From: a virus
Length of the DNA: 12,700 nt
Virus genome (UHGV): UHGV-0853290
Reading direction: 5' to 3' (one strand)
The notes under the pieces are model-generated. The model was not told the DNA's origin. It saw only the letters and a list, made by a program, of their open reading frames with translations, and made no database searches. A program made the translations under genes and the position numbers. Shown here one piece after another: positions 1 to 5,888 of the stretch; positions within the stretch are counted from its first letter, which is position 1; each line of letters opens with the position of its first letter.

Positions 1-18
1 ATAGATGGAAATTTCACA

Positions 19-180
19 ATGAAAAAAGCATTTGCTGCACTGTTCGTTTTGTTGTCTCTGGTAGCTTCAACTCAGGCCTTTGCCGGTCGTTGCCAGCACG
101 ACAGCGACACTGCTGCTGACGGCTCCCGCTGCGGTGGGCGTTCTGCGGATTCCCGTCCGGGTGGCGGTGGCATTCGTTAA
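19..180 (+). CDS. small exported protein (53 aa), function unknown
   Basis: ATG 19-21 to TAA 178-180, below the ORF-track size cutoff. N-terminus MKKAFAALFVLLSLVASTQAFA looks like a Sec signal peptide; mature part is Gly/Cys-rich. Weak SD (GGAA). Confidence 0.4.
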   Translation: MKKAFAALFVLLSLVASTQAFAGRCQHDSDTAADGSRCGGRSADSRPGGGGIR

Positions 181-202
181 AAACAAGGCCGCGAAAGCGG
201 CC
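178..202 (-). terminator. rho-independent terminator downstream of the antirepressor gene
   Basis: Hairpin GGCCGCGAAAGCGGCC (187-202) followed on the minus strand by TTGTTTTTA (rc of 178-186). No U-run in the plus orientation. Confidence 0.55.
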
Positions 203-253
203 TGTGACATGTCACGATAGTTCCGTTTTGCACATCCCTGTGCCGCCGTTCTG

Positions 254-964
254 TCAGAAGAACCCTGCCTTGTCGTTGATGTACTCCGCGTGCGTCTGGA
301 TATCACGCAGGCATTTGCTCACACCGACGATGTAGCAGAACATGGTGGTCAGTTCCGCCGCCGCGCCCGATACGTCGTGCCCGTCTTCCTGTAACTGGTT
401 AAGCAGATTCATCAGCAGTGAGTTCTCCGTCAGGCCGAGAACACCAGACGGCGAGTGAATCAGGCTGCGGTAGCCTGGCTTCAGCGGGGCGCTGTAGGTT
501 TTGTTCTCTATCTTCATTGCCTGCAGCACTGCTGACGCCGTGGCGTTGGCTACCTGGTCGGCAACCATCTTTATACGTTCTTCCTGCGGGAGCGAGTTTT
601 TAATGTAACTTCCGGTGCGGCGGATCTGAGGAAGAACCTCACCTGTAACCCATTTACGAAAGCGGTAGGGGATAGTGCCTGGTGTCACCGCATCGCGGCA
701 GCGGAGGATCAGTGTGTAGAGGCCTGACTCGGAGATGATGTTGATCTCTTTTACTCGGCTGTCAAAAATTGCACGATGTTCATGCCCTATGTTGAACATA
801 GACCTTTCATCATCATCCAGTTTTTCAAGTGCTTGGGTGACGTTTTGGATACGCAGCGCACTACAAACGTCTTGGGCTACAAACCATGGTTGGCCATCGA
901 TAATGATGGAACGGATAGGGTTAACAGATTCAAATTTGAAGATGGCAGTTTGAGCATTAGCCAT
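254..964 (-). CDS. phage antirepressor, Bro-N N-terminal domain plus KilAC/ANT C-terminal domain
   Basis: ORF 254-979; preferred start is the ATG at 964 (MANAQTAIFKF...) preceded by GGAGAT. N-terminus matches the Bro-N pattern (PWFVAQDVCSAL, ISESGLYTLILR, KWVTGEVLPQIRRTGSY). Confidence 0.85.
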   Translation of the reverse strand: MANAQTAIFKFESVNPIRSIIIDGQPWFVAQDVCSALRIQNVTQALEKLDDDERSMFNIGHEHRAIFDSRVKEINIISESGLYTLILRCRDAVTPGTIPYRFRKWVTGEVLPQIRRTGSYIKNSLPQEERIKMVADQVANATASAVLQAMKIENKTYSAPLKPGYRSLIHSPSGVLGLTENSLLMNLLNQLQEDGHDVSGAAAELTTMFCYIVGVSKCLRDIQTHAEYINDKAGFF

Positions 965-1120
965 GGTGGTTATCTCCACTTAGTGATTTTAATCACCACC
1001 GCAACGCCAATTACTGGTGGTGAACTGGACAAGGTTGGCGTACCGGCCTAAGTGGTACCGGCGTCCTTTCGGACCCCTGCCCAGCCCACCATAATTCGGA
1101 TATAGCTGTGCTTAACGCAT

Positions 1121-1143
1121 AAAAAAACCACGTCTGGCGTGGT
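1121..1143 (-). terminator. minus-strand intrinsic terminator or attenuator upstream of the antirepressor gene
   Basis: Stem ACCACG / CGTGGT (1127-1132 / 1138-1143) with a 5-nt loop, followed on the minus strand by U7 (rc of A7 at 1121-1127). Confidence 0.4.
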
Positions 1144-1233
1144 ATGCGCCACTTAGTAACTCGGGACGCCAATCCCGGCACTGGATTTTGCCAGTGCCTG
1201 ATTACTATGGCACAAGAGGAGTGCGATGTAAAT

Positions 1234-1248
1234 TTACCTCAAAGGTAA
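1234..1248. promoter_or_regulatory. box A palindrome TTACC-N5-GGTAA (copy 1)
   Basis: TTACCtcaaaGGTAA, perfect half-sites; same motif at 2755, 5365, 12558, 12620 and near-perfect at 1359 and 7539. Confidence 0.5.
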
Positions 1249-1277
1249 TAATAAATTCATAGCTCACGTTATTTCAA

Positions 1278-1290
1278 CCCTATGTGGTTT
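1278..1290 (+). promoter_or_regulatory. box B CCCTATGTGGTTT (copy 1)
   Basis: Lies 29 nt downstream of box A; near-identical 13-mers at 2798-2810 and 5410-5422 with similar spacing from a box A. Confidence 0.45.
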
Positions 1291-1326
1291 GATTGATCCC
1301 ATTTCAGAAAATACCTGCCTATTTTT

Positions 1327-1356
1327 TTGCCAGTATGCGTATACTTTCGATAGAAT
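1327..1356 (+). promoter_or_regulatory. sigma70-type promoter of the two-gene cassette
   Basis: -35 TTGCCA (1327-1332), 18-bp spacer, -10 TAGAAT (1351-1356); about 30 nt upstream of the ATG at 1386. Confidence 0.55.
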
Positions 1357-1358
1357 GT

Positions 1359-1373
1359 TTACCCTAGAGGTAG
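1359..1373. promoter_or_regulatory. box A-like operator TTACC-N5-GGTAG at the predicted transcription start
   Basis: TTACCctagaGGTAG immediately downstream of the -10 hexamer; one mismatch to the palindrome. Confidence 0.4.
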
Positions 1374-1385
1374 TTGGGGGTGCCC

Positions 1386-1901
1386 ATGAACACGAAGAGA
1401 GTTGCAGCGATGAGGCATAGACGCTTGACCTTGAAAAAGTCTGAAAAAGAAAAAGAGAAAAAGATGGTGATTGAAGCAGCCGCTTATGCTGCTGCCATAG
1501 CAACTGCCAATGCCATCAGGATTCATGATGAAGAAGTTGAGCAAAAATACCCGGTTATGTTCATCACTGAATACGACCAGCATGAGGCATTGTTAAAAAT
1601 CCGGGGCACATCTTTTGAAGGAATCTTGGCAGATAAGCTTCATCGTGCCTCATGTCAAACGAATATAATGCGACCTTACGAGTCAAGGCTAATCGAAACT
1701 GGACGCTCCAAGGATAAGCAGCAATTAGTTGAGATGATAAAGCGGTATTATAAGCCATCTTTTAAGCCTACAGCGTCACATGAGGTTGTAATGCGAGAAG
1801 TACCAAAGATGTCTGTTGAAAAATCGCATGCAATCTCGCGCAGGATGTTTGCACGCACTGCTGAAGATATGGCTCAGGAGCTCTACGACGATGCCGAATA
1901 A
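1386..1901 (+). CDS. hypothetical protein (171 aa), candidate antitoxin/partner of the downstream toxin-like gene
   Basis: ATG 1386 preceded by GGGGG; ORF open to TAA 1899-1901. Basic N-terminus (KRVAAMRHRRLTLKKSEKEKEKK) and acidic C-terminus (ELYDDAE). No family recognised. Its 3' end overlaps the start of the next gene by 11 nt. Confidence 0.6.
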   Translation: MNTKRVAAMRHRRLTLKKSEKEKEKKMVIEAAAYAAAIATANAIRIHDEEVEQKYPVMFITEYDQHEALLKIRGTSFEGILADKLHRASCQTNIMRPYESRLIETGRSKDKQQLVEMIKRYYKPSFKPTASHEVVMREVPKMSVEKSHAISRRMFARTAEDMAQELYDDAE

Positions 1902-2397
1902 ATTCCAGGGGTTGGTTCACCCTGGAATTTTTGGGAAGGACCCTGAGCTAATACCTATCAAAAACGCGTTCATAGATCACTGGCGCTACGGTCATCATAA
2001 GGATTTCGGAAAGGACACTCTGTTTCGGGATCCACCGAAAGAGATGCTGGAATATCACATACGCCACGTTCACGTAAACATCGGAAACTATACTGACAAG
2101 TTTGGTGAGAGCGGTACGGAACAATGCTGGAAAAACTGGGCATCCGGGAAGAAAGACAAGACCACCAACAAGCATAAAAAAATACCAACCAGTGATGTAT
2201 ATGTGATTTATCTTGTAACGTCTGAGCGACATGCGTTTCTTCTGGATTACTGGGATGAGCCAGCACACAAAAAAGTAGAAATTGACGAACAGAAACAAAA
2301 ACTTCTTGTCGAGTGTGACAGAATTTTGCGGCTGAAAAAGTTAGAATCCATGCCGCGCGATGCAAGTTTGTGGGACCCAGAATTTTACGACTGTTAA
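1891..2397 (+). CDS. YafO-family type II toxin-like protein (168 aa)
   Basis: ATG 1891 with AGGAG 10 nt upstream, overlapping the upstream stop. Motifs FGKDTLFRD, HIRHVHVN and VYVIYLVTSERHAFLLDYWDEPAHKK line up in order with my recollection of E. coli YafO (FGRDALYDD, HIHLAN, HLVYCQGAFDEQAWLLIAILKPEPHK). Confidence 0.55.
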   Translation: MPNKFQGLVHPGIFGKDPELIPIKNAFIDHWRYGHHKDFGKDTLFRDPPKEMLEYHIRHVHVNIGNYTDKFGESGTEQCWKNWASGKKDKTTNKHKKIPTSDVYVIYLVTSERHAFLLDYWDEPAHKKVEIDEQKQKLLVECDRILRLKKLESMPRDASLWDPEFYDC

Positions 2398-2398
2398 T

Positions 2399-2422
2399 GG
2401 CCGCTTTCGCGGCCTTTTCTTT
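2399..2422 (+). terminator. rho-independent terminator of the two-gene cassette
   Basis: Hairpin GGCCGCTTTCGCGGCC (2399-2414) followed by TTTTCTTT. The hairpin is the exact reverse complement of the one at 187-202. Confidence 0.7.
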
Positions 2423-2678
2423 ATGTGGTTTGTTTTCGTAATTGTTCGGCACAATAGTCGAGATGTGTTTGCAGATCCTGCATAGACATCTGCGAGCTGG
2501 TGACGTAGTTAATCAGTGCAGTCAGTTCGGCAAGTGGGCCATCGACATTAAATCCATCCTTATCGAGATCCCGGAGTAATTTCATCAAGTGCGATCCCTC
2601 CACCAGTGACCTGACGCCTCCCGGCGTGTGAATCCTTTCGGTAAATCCGTCTTCCAGTGGATAGTGATACTGCTGCAT
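2421..2678 (-). CDS. small KilAC/ANT C-terminal-domain protein (85 aa), paralog of the antirepressor C-terminus
   Basis: Start ATG at 2678 (MQQYHYPLEDG...) with GGAG 8 nt upstream. Aligns with the C-terminus of the 254-964 product (LAELT, DLQTH shared). The longer ORF-track version (to 2801) would run through the promoter and LexA box. Confidence 0.6.
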   Translation of the reverse strand: MQQYHYPLEDGFTERIHTPGGVRSLVEGSHLMKLLRDLDKDGFNVDGPLAELTALINYVTSSQMSMQDLQTHLDYCAEQLRKQTT

Positions 2679-2699
2679 CTTATCTTCTCCATGCAATAA

Positions 2700-2715
2700 C
2701 TGTATATTTATACAG
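2700..2715 (-). promoter_or_regulatory. LexA (SOS) box
   Basis: CTGTATATTTATACAG fits CTGT-N8-ACAG with an AT-rich centre; lies 22-37 nt upstream of the start codon at 2678. Confidence 0.65.
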
Positions 2716-2754
2716 TAGCAAATAATTTGTTTGCTATCCAGCACGTTTTGCAAA

Positions 2755-2769
2755 TTACCCGTAAGGTAA
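2755..2769. promoter_or_regulatory. box A palindrome TTACC-N5-GGTAA (copy 2)
   Basis: TTACCcgtaaGGTAA in the divergent intergenic region between the KilAC gene and the tailspike gene. Confidence 0.5.
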
Positions 2770-2797
2770 TATCTATTCTTATTCACATTCTTTCTAT

Positions 2798-2810
2798 CCA
2801 TATGTGGTTT
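2798..2810 (+). promoter_or_regulatory. box B CCATATGTGGTTT (copy 2)
   Basis: Lies 28 nt downstream of box A copy 2 and 64 nt upstream of the tailspike ATG. Confidence 0.45.
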
Positions 2811-2873
2811 TTAAGGTAATAAAATAACCGGATATGCGGCGCAACGGGTGCTGCGACTATCTGGAGATTTAAC

Positions 2874-4271
2874 ATGACGGTCTCAACCGAAGTTGACCAC
2901 AACGAATACACAGGTAACGGCGTTACGACATCGTTTCCGTATACCTTCAGGATTTTCCAGAAATCTGATCTGGTAGTACAAGTGGTTGACCTTGATGAAA
3001 ATATCACTGTTCTTGCTCTTGATACTGATTACGCAGTTACCGGGGCGGGAGGGTATAACGGTGGTAATGTAATTCTGTCGAAGGCGTTGGCTAACGGTTA
3101 TCAGATTTCTATATCTCGAGAGCTGCCGGTTACGCAGGAAACCGATCTGCGCAATCAAGGCAAGTTCTTTGCAGAGGTACATGAGGATGCGTTTGATAAG
3201 CTAACGATGTTGATCCAGCAGGTTAGAAGTTGGTTTAGCCTAGCGCTTCGCAAGCCATCATTCGTGGCAAACTATTATGATGCTCTGGGTAATTACATTC
3301 GCAATCTTCGTGACCCGTCACGACCTCAGGATGCGGCCACCAAGAATTATGTCGACTCTCTGGCAAATATTAACCTGTCGAGAACGTTGAGAACTCCAGA
3401 GGCAATACCTGAACTGCCTGGTGTAGAGCTGAGAAAAAATAAAATTGTAGCAATGGATAATGATGGCAATCCTATTATGGTATTGCCTGAATCAGGATCT
3501 GCTGCAGATGTTCTCATAGAGCTTGCAAAGCCAACTGGCGGCAGCCTGATTGGTTTACCTAACGGAACAGTGAGTGATGCAATTAATTATGTTACTCCAG
3601 AGATGTTTGGGGCAATAGGAGATGGTACTTTTCACGCTCTTTCTGAGCGTTTTGCGACACTGGCAGATGCGCAGGTTGTATACCCTCACGCCACATCACT
3701 TAGTCAGTCAATAGACTGGGCAGCAATGCAATCAGCTTTAAATTCTGGTTCTCAGACTCTGGATGTGAGTAAAGGAAATTATGTAGTAAACAGTAATTTA
3801 ACGGGAAACAAATCACTTCACTGGATCGGTGGAAGTGGTAAAAAGGTACAGATGATTGACGGATCTTTTATTCTTTTATCCGGGAGTCTTACTGCATTAC
3901 CTAAAATAACTGGCGGCATTAATCGCGTATCAAGGACGTTTACATTTGCATCTGTACCAGACTTATCAGCTGGCGATTCTTTTGTTGTATACAATCCGAC
4001 AGACTATAGTTGGTCTCATCACCGTGCCTACTACCGTGAAGGGGAGTTTTTCAAGGTTTTCAGCGCAACAGGAACCACGGTTAGCATCTACGGATTACCC
4101 TCGGATAATTATGTCGCCTCTGCGCTGGACGTTTATAAACTAAACGGAATTCGTGTTGTTCTTGATAATCTACACGTTGAAGGGGAAGACACATTAGATA
4201 GCGCACCTATAATTATCCGTTTCGGTCTTGATGTGGCGGTTAATAATTTTACCGGTAAAAAAATCAAATAA
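2874..4271 (+). CDS. tailspike/tail fiber protein, N-terminal fragment (T7 gp17-like N-terminal domain plus start of beta-helix), truncated by a frameshift
   Basis: ATG 2874 with GGAG 7 nt upstream. N-terminal pattern YTGNGVTTSFPYTF and NYIRNLRDPSRPQDAATKNYVDSL recalls the T7 tail-fibre N-terminal domain. Frame ends at TAA 4269-4271 just after an A7 run (4257-4263). Confidence 0.7.
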   Translation: MTVSTEVDHNEYTGNGVTTSFPYTFRIFQKSDLVVQVVDLDENITVLALDTDYAVTGAGGYNGGNVILSKALANGYQISISRELPVTQETDLRNQGKFFAEVHEDAFDKLTMLIQQVRSWFSLALRKPSFVANYYDALGNYIRNLRDPSRPQDAATKNYVDSLANINLSRTLRTPEAIPELPGVELRKNKIVAMDNDGNPIMVLPESGSAADVLIELAKPTGGSLIGLPNGTVSDAINYVTPEMFGAIGDGTFHALSERFATLADAQVVYPHATSLSQSIDWAAMQSALNSGSQTLDVSKGNYVVNSNLTGNKSLHWIGGSGKKVQMIDGSFILLSGSLTALPKITGGINRVSRTFTFASVPDLSAGDSFVVYNPTDYSWSHHRAYYREGEFFKVFSATGTTVSIYGLPSDNYVASALDVYKLNGIRVVLDNLHVEGEDTLDSAPIIIRFGLDVAVNNFTGKKIK

Positions 4272-5355
4272 TTATCAAATAGAGTTTGACCGTTGTTTTG
4301 GGGTTAATGTAAATACAGGTTCAGTAATAAACAATTCGCAAGGTTCTGATGAAGAATACGGGATTGTTATTTCAAACTGTACCGATGTTGTGGTTAATGG
4401 CGGTTCACATTACGCTAATCGCCACTGCATTGCAATTGGCGGACGAGGGGAAGTCTGCTCAATCCCTAACCGCAATATAAAAATTATTGGGGCTACTCTG
4501 CGTAACAATAGTGATGGGATTGGTGCTGCTGATATCCACGGAAACTCTGATAACATAGAATACTCCAACTGTGAATTATCATCAGCTAATATGGCTGGTC
4601 GTAACGTTAGGTACAAAAACTGCCGTATATTTCAAAGGCTGCGAGCAGACGGTTTATGTATTTACGGCTCTGAAATTGTCGGCGGGGTGTATGAAGTATC
4701 TAACTGCACTCTTATCACCCAGGGTGATCTCGACGCTTTTGGTGCTATAGCGTTGCAGGCTGCTAAGCCTATGAGAGAGAAATTCTCTCTCATAGTACGC
4801 AACATTACTGTTACTGGCGGTAATGGTGGCCCAAATGCAAAGTTAGTACATATCTTCTCTGCTGTTGGGGAAACACTCCCGATGGATGTTGATATCAGAG
4901 GAGTTCGCAATGAACTAACGGCGAGTATCGCAGTTCTTTACGCAAGACATACAACCAGCGCGGCAACCACGTTTATTTCCAATGGTTTCATTGTTGATGA
5001 TGTATACGGCCCACAAAATATGTATCTGGTGTATCCAAGTGGCACAGGTATTTCATCAATACCAACAAGGGAAATGGCACAAACAGGAAGCGTCACGATA
5101 ACATCGGCAGCAAATGCATTTAATACAGCTAGTGGCACTACGTCATTCAGGTACGGATACTCAAAGAAACCTAAATGCTCGTTTGGTGTTTCTTCGCCAA
5201 CAGGTTCGGCATTTACTAATCCTGGTCAGCCACCAGTGGCTCTCGCGTATAAGATATCAGGCACGGGTATCATACCAGCTATTACTGCGGCATCGGCATT
5301 CACAGCAGGTGTGGATGTTGATGTGAGCTGGAGCGTGAAAATATCTGACATTTAA
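4231..5355 (+). CDS. tailspike C-terminal fragment (right-handed beta-helix, depolymerase-like), in the +1 frame
   Basis: Frame open from 4228 to TAA 5353-5355; repeated Gly/Asn/Cys-rich beta-helix-like turns (VVNGGSHYANRHCIAIGG, NCTLITQG). Removing one A from the run at 4257-4263 fuses it to 2874-4271. Confidence 0.65.
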   Translation: MWRLIILPVKKSNNYQIEFDRCFGVNVNTGSVINNSQGSDEEYGIVISNCTDVVVNGGSHYANRHCIAIGGRGEVCSIPNRNIKIIGATLRNNSDGIGAADIHGNSDNIEYSNCELSSANMAGRNVRYKNCRIFQRLRADGLCIYGSEIVGGVYEVSNCTLITQGDLDAFGAIALQAAKPMREKFSLIVRNITVTGGNGGPNAKLVHIFSAVGETLPMDVDIRGVRNELTASIAVLYARHTTSAATTFISNGFIVDDVYGPQNMYLVYPSGTGISSIPTREMAQTGSVTITSAANAFNTASGTTSFRYGYSKKPKCSFGVSSPTGSAFTNPGQPPVALAYKISGTGIIPAITAASAFTAGVDVDVSWSVKISDI

Positions 5356-5364
5356 ATTTATCGT

Positions 5365-5379
5365 TTACCTTAATGGTAA
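5365..5379. promoter_or_regulatory. box A palindrome TTACC-N5-GGTAA (copy 3)
   Basis: TTACCttaatGGTAA, 10 nt after the tailspike stop codon. Confidence 0.5.
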
Positions 5380-5409
5380 AATTTATAACGGCTAACTTAA
5401 AATTTTAAT

Positions 5410-5422
5410 CCATATATGGTTT
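5410..5422 (+). promoter_or_regulatory. box B CCATATATGGTTT (copy 3)
   Basis: Lies 30 nt downstream of box A copy 3; followed 6 nt later by the -10-like hexamer TATGAT (5429-5434). Confidence 0.45.
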
Positions 5423-5483
5423 ATTGTGTATGATGAACTCACCAACTAAGGGGGTTCATTATGCACGGTAAACGGTGGTTTAT

Positions 5484-5888
5484 ATGTCAGCTCAGCTAAC
5501 CAGTGAGTCTTTAAATCAGTGGCTTAGCATGGGTTCTCTGGCTGCGGTTATCGCTGGGGTTCCTCCCGAGGTAGCTCTTGGTGCTTTATCAGGTGCGGTA
5601 ATATTTATTACCTCAGCCGTTGAGTATCCAATACGCCGCCGGGTTCTGCTGTCGATGCTCAGCTTTCTCTGCGGGCTTCTCTTCTACAAACCAACTGCAT
5701 CAATCCTTATCGGCTTAGCCAGCCTGATCCCAACTATCACGCAGGATTCATTCGAGAAAGGGATCGTCTTCTCTGCTGGCGCGTTCGTGTCGGCAATCGT
5801 CGCAGTACGTATTGGTATCTGGCTCTATCACCGTTCAGACAATCCACGCGATTTAATCCCGGGGAGAAAAGACGATGGTAACGCATGA
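5484..5888 (+). CDS. putative holin (three predicted transmembrane segments, charged C-terminus)
   Basis: ATG 5484 with GGTGG 5 nt upstream (GTG at 5475 is an alternative). Hydrophobic stretches LAAVIAGVPPEVALGALSGAVIFI, LLSMLSFLCGLLFY, IVFSAGAFVSAIVAVRIGIWLY. First gene of the lysis cluster. Confidence 0.55.
   Translation: MSAQLTSESLNQWLSMGSLAAVIAGVPPEVALGALSGAVIFITSAVEYPIRRRVLLSMLSFLCGLLFYKPTASILIGLASLIPTITQDSFEKGIVFSAGAFVSAIVAVRIGIWLYHRSDNPRDLIPGRKDDGNA

Noticed and set aside
204-215. GTGACATGTCAC as a CRP site
   Set aside because: Contains TGTGA/TCACA-like halves but with wrong spacing for CRP (needs N6); kept only as an unexplained palindrome.
67-306. 79-aa minus-strand ORF overlapping the small exported-protein gene and the terminator
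   Set aside because: Antisense to a better-supported ORF, spans a terminator hairpin, Arg/Thr/Ser-rich low-complexity product, no RBS.
418-1051. Plus-strand ORFs 418-603, 735-953 and 776-1051 inside or antisense to the antirepressor gene
   Set aside because: Shadow ORFs on the opposite strand of a gene with clear Bro-N/KilAC signatures; no RBS and no recognisable domains.
1234-1248. TTACC-N5-GGTAA as a NarL/LuxR-type or other known host regulator site
   Set aside because: Half-site spacing does not fit the NarL 7-2-7 arrangement or any other consensus I could recall (LexA, CRP, TyrR, DnaA), so it is treated as an unassigned motif.
1816-1890. Longer N-terminal extension of the toxin-like gene (start at 1816)
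   Set aside because: Would overlap the upstream gene by 86 nt; the extension (MKNRMQSRAGCLHALLKIW...) looks like out-of-frame readthrough, whereas ATG 1891 has an AGGAG at suitable spacing.
1948-2452. Minus-strand ORFs 1948-2298 and 1970-2452 antisense to the toxin-like gene
   Set aside because: Antisense shadow ORFs crossing the terminator hairpin; no RBS and low-complexity products.
2679-2801. Extended 126-aa version of the small KilAC gene
   Set aside because: The extra N-terminal 41 codons run through the LexA box and box A/box B region; the internal ATG at 2678 has a proper GGAG RBS.
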